The position numbers and the translations under genes are program-made. From Carcharhinus amblyrhynchos (lineage: Eukaryota): a stretch of 64,000 nt of DNA. Below are positions 51,131-63,050 of this stretch, piece after piece. The first letter of the stretch is position 1. The number at the start of each line of letters is the position of its first letter. The DNA is taken from the NCBI GenBank assembly GCA_965287045.1, contig OZ336875.1:30442001-30506000 (forward strand). Direction: 5' to 3'. The notes beneath the pieces were generated by a model, which saw only the letters and a list, made by a program, of their open reading frames with translations, searched no databases and was not told the DNA's origin.

Positions 51131-51529
51131 ATCTCAGGTCACTTAATGGCTCACCAACCATTAAAATGCTGTGGGTGAGCCGGCAAGGCAGAGGTGAGCT
51201 CATCTTGACATAAGCACCAGGTTGTTGGAGGATCCCAGCTGAGTATAAATTCCAGCTCACCAGTGTGAATACACCTTCAGGAAGATAACTTGTCCCACTA
51301 TTATTCATATTTGAATATAAATTGTTGGTAGGCTATTTGGCCATTTGAAGCATCGAGGTTAAAGCCAGTTTCGCCTTCACTCAATGTTTACCAATGTGCA
51401 CTCAATGTCAATGAATATTGATAGGAAGTGAAATCCTAGATAATTCGTCTGATTCTTCATGCTGCAAAGGCACTCAGGTCAATTTTAGAAACAAGTGCCT
51501 GTATTTCACCAAGTCTCATTCAACATCTC

Positions 51530-51810
51530 CTTCTAAACCAGCAACGTCTATCTTCTAGAAGGAGAAGGGCAGCAATTACACCACCACCAGCAAGTTCCCC
51601 TCCAAGCCACACACCATCCTGATTCAGAATTATACCTCTATTCATTCACTGTCACTGGATCAAAATCCTGTAACTCCCTACCTAAAAGCACCCTGGGTAT
51701 ACCTACACCATACGGACTGCAGCAGTTCACGCAGGCAACTCACCACGACCTTCTCAAAGGCAATAAGAGATGGGCAATAAATGCTGGCCCGCACCCTGTG
51801 AAAGAATATG
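51530..51810 (+). mobile_element. Old LINE 3' end (family of 37258-38390)
   Basis: caagttcccctccaagccacacaccatcctga...gatgggcaataaatgctggcc. Confidence 0.8.
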
Positions 51811-53077
51811 CTTTTTAAAAAGTTGGCTCAGATTATTAAAGCAAAGTTTATTTTTCTAACGTATTGTCCATTTGTGCCTCAGAAGTCTTCAACAATGATA
51901 CCTTATTTTAAAGACAAATAGATTTTATTCCATTCATCCTATAAAAAAAACTAATACTCTGTTATACACAGACGAAGGGAAGTGTCTGCGACAGACACAG
52001 AAATTGAACAGAATCACCACAAAGTGTTAGAAACAAGAGTCAGGTACGTACCTTTAAACCATTTTACTGCCCCCGCAGAATTTGTTTAAACATACTTCCA
52101 TGAAATAATAGCTGGGATTTGAGTGAGTTATTTAGCTATCTGCTTATCTAGAATTCCACTGCCAGTGTTGAGACTGGAGTTAAAACAGCTCAGTGCTAGA
52201 GCCAGATTTCACTTTTACCTTTTTGTATTTGTCTTTGGTTACATGCAGGAGTCCTGTATCCTTCACTCTGCAATGTCCTGCACACCCATCATTTCACCTA
52301 TTGGGGTTCCTGTCCCCCAGACATTTGTCTTCACTGGTAAACGTTTCCATGCTGTTCTTCCAATCATCCACCCTGCAGTCCTCACACTGGATTCCTGTTT
52401 CCTGTTTCCATTCCCTTCATTCAACTGATGGACTTGCTTCCAGTCATTTTGCACCTTCCCTCCAAACTCTGTTTCAACTCTACTTTCCTTCTCCATCTCC
52501 TTGCCTATCTTCAAAAGTGTTCTGGAGTTCTCCTCACTGTACCTTCAGCCTCAATTATTTGTCCATTATTGTTTGCTTTGAATCATAGAATTGCAGAGTG
52601 GCTACAGCACAGAAGGTGGCCATTCAGTCCATCAAATCTATGCTGGCTCTCTGCAGGATGTTTGCCCACATCCTTCTATCTTGTATAGTTCTTTGAGATG
52701 GGGCTTTTTGAGAAGAGTGTAGTGTAAAGTACTAATTGTCAACTTGTGGTGGTGCTCACTTCATTGGAGTTTTCTTTTGCAGCTAGTTGTTTGCCTATTT
52801 CACTGGTTAAACATACTTGAAGTTTTAACAGATCAATCAAAGTTTATGCTCAAAGTTAAAATAACTTTTCTAATAGTGTGTCTGTTAGTGTGTTCAATAA
52901 CCAATTACCAGAACAAATCAAAGTTTTTAAGACAGGACATTCCAATGGCCCCAAGACTACCATCCCTTTTTTTTTAACTGATATAGCTCAACCCTTTATC
53001 TGTCATCTTACCATACCCCTCAATCCTTTTTCTCTCTCCAGAAACACATTTAGTTGCCATTTCAAACCTATTTATTT

Positions 53078-53447
53078 ATTTATTATTCATTCGTGGGACA
53101 TGGGAGTCACTGGCTGGCTAGTATTTATTGCCCATTTCCAGTTGCCCATGTTTAGAGGGCAGTTAACTACACTACTGTGGCTCTGGAGTCACATGTAGGC
53201 CAAGCCAGGTAAGGACAGCAGAGTTCCTTCTCTAAAGAGCATCAGTAAACATTACATTCGGGAACATTACATTTCCAACAATCGATAATAGTTTCGTGGT
53301 CATCAGTAGATTCTTAATTCCAGATATATTTTATTGAATTCAAATTTCACCATCTGCCATGGCAGGATTCGAACCCAGGTCCCCAGAACAACAGCTGATT
53401 TCTGGATTAATACTCTAGCAATAATACCACTAGGCTTTTGCCTCCTC
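53078..53447 (-). mobile_element. tRNA-derived SINE sharing the gggcaataaat LINE tail
   Basis: B-box ggttcgaatcc on the minus strand; 3' tail matches 51770-51790. Confidence 0.8.
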
Positions 53448-54145
53448 ACATGCTATCCAATTCAATGCCCCTTAAATATACACACCCTTTCGTATTTAAT
53501 TTTCCCTGCTGGTGCACTGCCTAACATGTGTGTGTATAAAATGAAGGGTTTTTTTAAACACAATTCTCAACACAATTATAAATAAGTAGGTTGATGACTG
53601 TCTTAAAATAGTGCACTGGGTGTTGATGTGAACAACTTAACCAGTCTGCTATCAGAGAAAACAAAATTCCTTTGTGATTTAAAGTTTTGTTGACATCTCT
53701 TTAATTTGCTAGAGAAACTGACAATAACTTAACAGCACTTCAGCCTTCCAGTCCACTGACCCCTCGCCATGCAATTCCAATTTTTTCTCATTTGATCATA
53801 TGTCTCAAAAAAGGGCAGGACCGGGTATTAAGTATTCCTGGATACACGAAAGAAGGGGAGGGGGAGGAATATGGATTAAGCAAAATATAACAGAGCCAAG
53901 GAGAGGGGATGTCCTGGAAGGGTCAAGGACGGAATCTATCTGGTTAAAGTTAGAAACTGTAGTGTCATACACCACCCAATTTATTCTATAGACGCCAAAT
54001 ATATGGAAAAATATAGAAGAGCAAATTTGCATTGAAATGGCAGAGAGGAACAGAACCTGGAGAATAGTGATAATGGGGACTTTAATTACCCTAATCTAGA
54101 CATGTACAGTAATAGTGTAAAGGGCACGAAAGAAGGATTGATTTA

Positions 54146-54392
54146 AAACAGTTTATTTATTAGTTTCACAGGTAGGCTTACATTAACATTGCAATGAAGT
54201 TACTATGAAAATCCCCGAGTCACCGCACTCTAGCACCTGTTCAAGTACATTGAGGGAGAATTTAGCATGGCCAATGCACCTAACTAGAGGGTCTTTTGGA
54301 TTGTGGGAGTAAACCAGACCAGCCAGAGGAAAGCCACACCTGGGTCCATGGCATTGAGAAGCAGCAGTGCTAACCACTGTGCTACCATGCCA
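54146..54392 (-). mobile_element. HE1-like SINE, internally deleted
   Basis: Head and alternative tail of the 19201 family. Confidence 0.85.
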
Positions 54393-55785
54393 TCTTTTAG
54401 AATTATATTTGGAGAAATTTCTTGATCAATATCTTTCTAGGCCAATAAGAAAGGATGTATTACTAGTTCTGGTTTTGCCAAATGATGGGTCAAATAAATC
54501 AAATCTTAATGGGGGAACATTAACAGAACAATGATCATAGCATTATAGGATTTAGATTAGCTATGGAAAAGAGCACAGAGTAGAGCAAAAGCATAGTATT
54601 GGAGGAAAGTCAATTTCAATGGGGTGAGAATGGACCTATTATGGTAAATTGAAATTAAAGCTTGGCAGGCAAAAGTTTATCAGAACGAGGTGTTTCAGAC
54701 ATTAGAGACTAGGGTGATAAGATATATAGGGAGCAAGATGAACCAAAAATAAAGGATGCGGGTGGCAGTTGTCAAATTGATAATGTAAGCGAGAACCAGG
54801 CTGAATGTAGAAAGTTCAGAGGGCAAGTGTAAGACAATATAAGTGTGGCAAAGAGAGTGTATGGGAACATGAAAGGCAATTTAAAAGTCTTCTAGAAATG
54901 GTAAAAGGATGGTAAGAGGTGGGGCTGATAACAGTGACCAGAAAGGAGATCTAAGTATGGAGGCAAAGGGCAGTGCTGAAGTACTAAATAAGTACTTTTG
55001 TGTCTGTCTTTACCAAGGGAGAAGATACGGCCAAACCCAGAGTGAAAGAGATGGTAGTCAAAATAATAAATGGTCAAAAAACTGATAGAGGAGGAACTGG
55101 AATGGCTGACTATTTTAAAGTTAATAAGTCACCAGGAACTGATAGGATGGGCCTGAGGATGCTGAGAGAAGTAAAGCTGGAAATGACGGAAGTACTAGAC
55201 AATCCTCCTTAGATACAGGGCTGATACCAGAAAACTGGAGGATTGCAAATGTCACGCCCTTGTTCAAAAATGGTTCTGAGGATAAACCCAGCTACTACAG
55301 GCAGTCATTTGAATCTAGGTGGTGGAGAATCCAAAACAAAGTGAACAGTCCCTTGGAAAAGTGCAGGTCAATTAAGGAAATCTGGCACAGAGTTTGTTTA
55401 AAAAGGGAATCATGTTTAACTGCCTTGTTTGAGCTTTTTAAAATAGTATCAGGGAGGTTAAAGAGAATAATGCAGTTGGTGTAATGCACAAGGGGACTTA
55501 ATAGCATTTGATAAACTGACACACAATTGAGTTGCCAGCTAAAATAAACGCCATGGAATAAGGGAGATAATAGTGACATGGAAACAAAATTGGTTGAGTG
55601 AAAATAGAAAGAGAGCAGTGGAGTGGTTGCTTTTGGGATTGGATGAAGGTTTCAAGCGGTTGATACAAAGACAACTTTGACTTGATATATATTAACGACC
55701 TAGACTTGGGTGTGCAGGGACAATTTAAAAATTTGCAGATGACCCAACTTGGAGGTATTGCAAACTATGAGAAGGATGGTGATAA

Positions 55786-56080
55786 GGGACAGCATGGTGG
55801 CACAATGGTGAGCACTGCTGCCTCACAGGGACGCACATTCGATTCACAGCTTGGGTCACTGTCTGTGCAGAGACTGCATGTTCTCCCCATAGCTGCGTGG
55901 GTTTCCTCTGGGTGCTCTGGTTTCTTCCCACAGTTCAAAGATGTGCAGATTAGGTTGATTGGCCATGCTGAAATTCTCCCTCAGTGTTCCCGATCTGGTG
56001 CTGGAATGTGACGACTGGGGATTTGCACAGTATCTTCATTGAAGTTTTGGTGTAGGCCTACTTGTGACGCTAAAACTTAA
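55786..56080 (+). mobile_element. HE1-like SINE, alternative tail
   Basis: gggacagcatggtggcacaatggtgagcactgctgcctcacag...cctacttgtgac. Confidence 0.9.
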
Positions 56081-57029
56081 AAAGAGGACATAGACAGATA
56101 GTTGAAATATGAAGTGATACATTTTGGAGGGAAGAATGAGGAATTAGGAAGGTCTCAGCCAGTATTGTGTGTCCAATTCAGAGCATTTCACTTTGGGAAG
56201 AATGTGGTGAGGGTTCAGAAAACATTTACAAGAATATTTCTGGTGATAAGGGCCTCCAGTTATATGGATGGATTGGAGAAACTGGGGTTATTCTCCTTAG
56301 AAGCGAGAAGGTTGAGAGATTTTTAAAATCATGCAGCATCTGGACAGATTCAAGGGAAAATGTTCTTATAGGAAGAAGGAATTGAGAACCAGAGCGCACC
56401 GATTTAAGGCGATTGGGAAGTTAGCTGGGTGACATGAGGAACATCTTTTTTACCCAGCAAATGGCTAGAATCTGGAATGTATTGCCTGAGAGTGTGGAGG
56501 CAGATTCAATCAGGATGCTTAAAAAAAAATTGGATTATTACCTGAGGAGGAAACATTTGCAGGGCTACAGGGTAAAAGCAGGGAAATGAGTCTTGGTGAA
56601 TTGCTCTTGCAAGGAACTATCGCAGACATGATGAACTGAATGGGCTCTTTCTGTGCTTTATCTGGTCTATATTGGGTTTTAAACTCTGGTACTGAGATTG
56701 CTTTTTGATGTTAAACAGGTTAATTTCTTCACTATTGGATAATTTACACTCAAACATAAGCAAAGGCCCATTAATATTTATTTCACCTGTCCCATTTTGG
56801 TTCATTTAAAGCTCTGAATTTTTTTCAACCTAGTTGCAATAGACAGCAGAAATAATTAAATAAAACCCACCTCGAGTACGAAATGGCTGTTTGTAGAATA
56901 ACTGGGCTTATCTGATCAGAATGGTAGTAAAGAGGCTTCTTCTCACATTCAAATTGTAGTGGAAGGAAGCAGATTTATAGCAAATGGTGGAATCTTCTGT
57001 TCTCATCCGTGGTGAGCTTGGAGGTGGGA

Positions 57030-57680
57030 AGAGCATATAATTAGGTGGGATGGTCTTGTACTGGAACCCTGCCTTTAGCAGAATTAAACTCTGGGTGGGA
57101 AGGCCCATGGTCAACCTTCTCAGTGCTGACTCTAACCCTTAAGTGGCTGTTGAAAGGGTCTAGACCCACAAAAGTTGGTATTGAGCCGCCAGTGGGCCAT
57201 GTGAAGTGCATGGCAGCTAAAACCGAGTGACCTCTAGGAAAGATCACTCGATCAAAGGCACAAGTACCTGATCGAGGAATTTGACATTGGGAAAAAGGGG
57301 AGTTCACTGAGAGCTAACACCTTGTCTTCGCTGCCAAACTCCCACTACTCCCCACTCCCCCATTGTCCACATTATTTACCTTTGGCCTAGGTCACTCCAT
57401 GATCCTAGGACCTTGAAACCTGTCCCTTTTGGCATCAGCCATGGCCTCCTCTGTGGCACTGTGGAGTACAAGAGTGGCCAGCCTCTGATTAGCTGAGAGC
57501 TCTTGTTAGGTGAGACTTCTGATCCTGGGGCCTTGGTTGCAGGAGTATGCCCGCCAAGGCCTCACCACTGCCTTATTGGTATGTGGTTCAGCAGGCCTTC
57601 CAGAAAAGAAGCAGCAAGTGTCCCTTGCCAGCTCCCCAACTGGCAGGCAAGATTCCCAAGGCCTTCATAAAATTCTGCCA
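57030..57680. mobile_element. GC-rich non-autonomous DNA element remnant
   Basis: GC-rich diverged repeat ending taaaattctgcc. Confidence 0.4.
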
Positions 57681-58669
57681 TCCATGTGTACAAGTGCAAT
57701 ATGGGGGCTCTTGACTAAATTGTGAGCAAATGGAGAACAGCAAAGGGAATGGCCCTGATGCTCCTTAGTCAATTACCCAAGGACATCTGTACATGTTTGT
57801 TTCCAAGAAGCCATCATTACACACTCACGGAATTGGTGTGTGTCTGGCTACATGGTGTGAATTGTGCACGCTATAGAAAGGAGTGAGTCATGGCAGCAGC
57901 CAGGGAAACCAGCCAATAAAAGTAAAATAACATTCAACGCACTTCCTCTGTCTGAGTCTTTTTCATTAATTGACTGAACAACCAACTATTTCGGTCTGAG
58001 CTGAAGTTGAGCATTATCGACAGCAGCAGATCACCTGTGAAAGGTCTTTCAGATGATGGTTAATCTCTTGTGGAGAATTGATTGTTCAGAATGTTAGAAT
58101 GTTCCTGGCAGCGATCTCAGATTGACGGATAAAATCCTCCCTGAGAGCCTCAGAGGAGATAAGATTGGGCAATCTCGGCCAAGTGGTGCAGACCCCACAG
58201 CGCAACATGTGAGATCCAACTTGCCAATCTCATTGTTACAAGAGTCTGAAAGGAAATTGTTCGGTGGTGCTTCTGAATTAAGAGCTGAGGTACATTGTTG
58301 AGGGCAGGTACACAGATCTGGCTGCGCTGTACCCGGTTTAAAAGAGAATCCTGTTTACAGTGCATGCACAAAGCTTTTGTACCAGTGTTCCATCAGTCAA
58401 ATGAAAAGCTCTCCAGAGCCCTGCAGTTTCAAACATAGGATGGAGCAATACAGTACAGACAGCCTTGGGAAATGTGTTCGTTTATAGTATTGATGCATGT
58501 ATCCATTAAAATCGCACAAATAATGCCTTGTTTGGGTGAATTTTATTAGAATGCTAAAGTCCTTATTTTCCTTTCAGCTTTAACTACCTTCTCTTCAGTA
58601 CCTTCACTGCTAAACCACTATTAATAAAGTTATTTTCATTTGAAAGGAAAATAGTAGTGTGAAACTACG

Positions 58670-59154
58670 ACTCACCAATGACTCATCAACTTTTACAGAT
58701 GCACCATAGAAAGCATTCTTCTGCTTGTATCACAGCTTGGTATGGCTCGTGCTCTGCCCAAGACCACAAGGAACTACAAAATATTGTGAATGTAGTCCAA
58801 TCCATCATGCAAACCAGCCTCCCATCCACTAACTCTGTCTACACTTCCCACTGCCTCGGCAAAGCAGCCAGCATAATTAAGGACCCCACGCACCTCGGAC
58901 ATTCTTTCACCTTCTTCCTTCGGGAAAAAGATACAAAAGTCCAACTCACTCAAGAACAGCTTCTTCCCTGCTGCTGTCAGACTTTTGAATGGATTTACCT
59001 TGCATTAAGCTGATCTTTCTCTACACCCTAGCTATGACTGTAACACTACATTCTGCACTCTCTCATTTCCTTCTCCATGAACTTGTCTGTCTAGGCGCAA
59101 GAAACAATACTTTGCACTGTATGTTAATACATATGACATTAATAAATCAAATCA
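58670..59154 (+). mobile_element. Rex1/Babar LINE 3' end
   Basis: NFYRCTIESIL / CITAWYGSCSAQDHKELQNIVNVVQSI / KAASIIKDPTH; tail aataaatcaaatcaa. Confidence 0.9.
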
Positions 59155-59952
59155 ACTACATTTAATCAGTACAACAAAGCTGGGAGTGATTGGCAAACGA
59201 ATGGTGCCTTACATGTTGACAAGCTGAATGAGATATCTTGAGAAAATAGCATCATCCCACTTAAGTTTGCAATAGATTGTAGTAAAGCCTTTTTTAAAAA
59301 TAAATTTTTAAAAAACTTTGAAAGCAAAGCTGATTTTTTAAATGTTTTTATTAAGTTAAGCTAATAATGCATGGAAGGAAGCCTTCATAGAATTGTATTT
59401 GTCTCATTGGTGAACAGTGTGGAGCTGGCCGCATAGTCATGGATTATTGGTTATATATCACCGAAGAGGTACCAGTCTCAAACTGTTGCTTATGATAAAA
59501 CAGCATCAGTGGACAATACTGTGTGATTTTGGAGCAGACCGGGATATTGTAGTCAGGGCAGTGACATAGGCTGACAGTCCAGTCATCTGTTAAGTATTCA
59601 GTGCTGGTTTGAGCTATGTGTTTGCCTCAAAGGCTTTGATGCACAATTTGGTGACTGTGTGGGTGTATACCTCAGTTCTTAGTGTGTGGCACCTCTATTC
59701 ACTTTGATCATTCCTAAATGTCTATTCTGTGAAATTCTTAACAATGACAGATTTGAAGCATATCTGCAAGGGGGTTGGCACCCAAATGAAAATATGCGCC
59801 TAACATATAGATTTTCGTAGTAGTTCTTTGGCAATTATATCCTCCCTTTAACACTGCCTGTAAACAAAAATATATGAGGCAGCATTGATAGTATTTCCTT
59901 ACAGGCTGCTGCAAATTAGAATTGGTGAGCTAAACATGAGTTTACAGAACAT

Positions 59953-60088
59953 GGCCAAAACTCACCGACCTTGCTCACGGCTGGGATTCTCCAGTCTTGC
60001 TGCAGTGAATGGAGTTTTGGCTGAGTGCCAAATTCCCTGTTCTTGCTGGCTGTGGTGGTGGAGTGTATGAGGTCGGAGAATCCTGGCC
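59953..60088. mobile_element. PIF/Harbinger-like MITE
   Basis: ggcc...ccgacc / ggtcgg...ggcc TIRs with CAT on both sides. Confidence 0.75.
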
Positions 60089-60798
60089 CATATCTATACA
60101 GTCAAGACCGCCACTTAAAATAGGTACTACATGCACATGCTGAGGCCTTTAGGATAATGTATTATTTGGAAAGTTGCTGGCAGCAGATTTAAGCAGGCGA
60201 TCAATGTAAAAGCAAAGTGAAACTAAGAAACTATTTCCTGACACAAAATGCAAGTTTTAATTCCTCATTTAGTCAGGGAGATTAAGTGTGACTCTCAAAA
60301 TTTCACCCAGAGTTTCCGACTTGGTTTTTTGCTCACTCATATGTCTTCTGTGTTAATCTCCTTCATTATATTTCTTTCTCAGACATTTCCTTCCTGCCTT
60401 TCTAAATTCTTTTGTTTAAAATTTTCCCTCCTCTCCAGAAGGTGGTGACTCGTGCTGAGGTACAGCTTCACCAGTTGTACCAGCCTTTCAAGTACTGTGG
60501 CTGACTTGCTTTATTCATTTGTTTGGACAGTACTGGTGGACTATTTATCCATGGATCCCAAGCTGGAGGGGATGGCAGCATCACTGCCAAGCCTGATCCT
60601 GTCCGCATCTGTCATTCTATTACAAGTAGGAGTGATTGAGTAACAATCAATAATGGGAAACCCGGCTGAATTATCCCATTTTCCTTTTGGTGGTGTTCCA
60701 ACTATTATACATGATGTGGAGATGCCGGTGTTGGACTGGGGTAGGCACTGTAAGAAGTCTCACAACACCAGGTTAAAGTCCAACAGGTTTATTTGGAA

Positions 60799-60835
60799 TC
60801 ACGAGCTTTTGGACTGCTGCTCCTTCATCAGGTGA
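60799..60835 (-). ncRNA. Minimal hammerhead motif, degenerate (GAAA changed to AAAA)
   Basis: Reverse complement TCAC-CTGATGA-A-GGAGCAGCAGTCC-AAAA-GC-TC-GTGA. Confidence 0.65.
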
Positions 60836-60920
60836 CACTTCATCTCCACACCCCCCTAGTCCAGCATCTACATCTCCACATCATGGCTACCGCAAACCAC
60901 CGGCTCAAAGTGGAGAGGAT

Positions 60921-60957
60921 TCACTTGATGAAGGAGCAGTGCTCCGAAAGCTCATGA
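60921..60957 (+). ncRNA. Minimal hammerhead motif, degenerate (C3 changed to U)
   Basis: TCAC-TTGATGA-A-GGAGC-AGT-GCTCC-GAAA-GC-TC-ATGA. Confidence 0.7.
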
Positions 60958-61679
60958 TTCCACATAAACCTGTTGGACTATAACCTGGTGTTGTGAGATT
61001 TCTTACTGTAACTGCGACACAACTGAGCTCAGCTTACTCTTGACTGGATATAGAACCCTTCCATGTATTTATGTCTCAATATCAGATAAGGCATTAAAAC
61101 ATCAGGAGAACTTTTTAACTACGCTTTACATTTAGGACCTGCAAAGCTTTCTCAGCTGAGTGTCTGAAATATTCTGTTGAAGAGAGCCCCAATTTATATT
61201 CTCACTGGTAGCTATTACTGAGTAATGTTATTTTCTGAAAACACTGCTCTTGTTTGACTTGAAAATAATGAAAACCTTGTGTCTAGTTCTGTGAGCCAAA
61301 TTGTGGTGACCTTTCATGTGACCCACCTGTCGAGCTCTCACAAATGATAATGGTTACCTCATGCTACCATGATCTGAAGTGCGCCATAATGCCTGTTACT
61401 TAGAACAGATTATTCTTTCCCATTCCTGTAGCAATCTGCATGAAAAGATAGGCCAATGTGATGACTACTGTATATACAGCGTAAACCCTGCTTTTATATG
61501 AAGTGTAAAACCTTTGTGGTCACCTTGTTAGCGACTTGTGTTCACCCAGTCTTGCTACAATGCTCTAGGGTTTAACAATAAAACAGTACATTTATCTTGA
61601 GCTCCTGGTGTAAATTAATGACTTGGAATGCTTTATAAGCGGAGATTGGAACAGGAAGAGGAAGGATTTAAATAGGGGA

Positions 61680-62340
61680 AACTGCAGGCATGGTTGAAGA
61701 AATGCATTTTTGGATAGTTTTTTGAAGACCAGCAGAGGTGTGGCAAACAAAATGGTATTTGGAGCAAATCCCCAGAGGTCAGGGTTGTAGTCACTGAAAG
61801 GTCAGACTCTAAAATAGGAGCATAGAAAAAGGAGTATATCCCAGGTTTGAACAATATAAGGCAGTGTTTTATAGGATAGACTGAGGCCATAGGAGAATTT
61901 GAAAATGAGTACAATCAATTTGCTGGGGCACAGTGAGCCAGTCAAACTAGGCAAGGATGCATTATGGGTGTACAGGGTGAGCGTGCAGGGAGGAATTAAA
62001 CTTCTAGATTCGCTGAGGTTTCTGAATGGAGATAGTGGGCTGACTGCAGAAATAATATTGGAAAATTCAGTGTGTGAGGTGGTGAGAGCATGAGTAAGGA
62101 TTTTAGCACCAGCTGGGGAGAGGTAAGAGCAGAACTGCACATGTCCTGGTGGCAGAAGATGCAGTCTAGGCGATAAACTAAATTGGGGGTAAAACGTTCA
62201 TGTTAGCATTAAATAGAACACTTAATTATTCACCCTGGATGCAGCCTGAGAGACAGTTGAGGAAATAAATAGAGCCATTGCCAGAGATGCTGAATCAGCC
62301 AAAACAAGGTAGATTGGCTTTGTTAATATTTAGCTGTAAA
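61680..62340 (-). mobile_element. Old L2 LINE fragment
   Basis: LSPAGAKILTHALTTSHTEFSN resembles the L2 motif AETLIHAFVTSRLDYSN. Confidence 0.7.
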
Positions 62341-62399
62341 CTCATTCTGACCCATTCAGGAAGTGCAACTCTAGCCTAGATCATCGAATCAACATTATT

Positions 62400-62555
62400 T
62401 TAATGGAAACATTAACCCATTTTTAAATGAAGGGAGAAAATTGCAGGGCTATGGGAAAAGAGCAGAGTAATGGGAATAGTTGGATGGTTCTTTCAAATAA
62501 CCTACACAGGTACGATGGCTGAATGACCTCCTTCAGTCCTGTTAGATTCTGTGAC
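62400..62555 (+). mobile_element. CR1 3' end fragment
   Basis: ttgcagggctatgggaaaagagcag...gatggctgaatgacctccttc. Confidence 0.7.
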
Positions 62556-62794
62556 ACCAGGAGTTATTCTCAATTTTAATAACAATTACAAAATTTATGT
62601 CTCTCTCCCTCTTACACAACCCGCCTTTATTATAAAGCTTTTTATTGTATCTCATCCTATAAAAATGCTGCTAGTTCTTCTTATATTCAGCCAAGGCCCA
62701 TGCTAGTCTCACTGGCTCTTCTCCCATGTAACTAGTGCAGCGACTGCAGGAAGGAATCTTAAGAGTCTTAAGGAATCTAATCTTTTGTTTTACA

Positions 62795-63050
62795 AAACAA
62801 AAAGAAGCCCTTTGGCCCATCGTGTCAGACCAGCCATCAAGCACCTATCTATTCTAATCCCATTTTCCAGCACTTGGTCTGCAGTTTTGTACACTATGGC
62901 ATTTCAAGTGCTCACCTTAATGCTTCTTAAAATGTTGTGAGGGTTCCCACCACCAAGATCCTTTCAGGCAATGAGTTATAGATTCCCACCACCCTCTGGG
63001 TGAGAAAAGCTTTCCTCCAGTCCCCTCTATTTCACCTGCCCCTTACCTTA
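62795..63050 (-). mobile_element. CR1 3' end fragment
   Basis: aagccctttggcccatcg...cccaccaccctctgggtgagaaaa...ccccttacctta. Confidence 0.8.

Larger units (their letters stand above)
53795..56661 (+). mobile_element. Degraded near-full CR1 ORF2
   Basis: Endonuclease (ESIWLKL, MGDFNYP), KSPGTD, WRIANVTPLFK, IYINDLDLG, LEKLGLFSLE and the CR1 3' end; many frameshifts; two SINE insertions. Confidence 0.9.
60710..61008. mobile_element. Penelope-like inverted pLTR remnant with two hammerhead motifs
   Basis: Arms about 60748-60835 and 60921-61008; second inverted pair 60711-60741 and about 60853-60884. Confidence 0.85.

Noticed and set aside
59291-59314. AT-only palindrome
   Set aside because: Low-complexity; expected by chance.
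156-62140. Short ORFs of the six-frame track as host genes
   Set aside because: All recognisable ones are LINE fragments or SINE/microsatellite read-throughs; the rest resemble no protein I know and have chance-level lengths.
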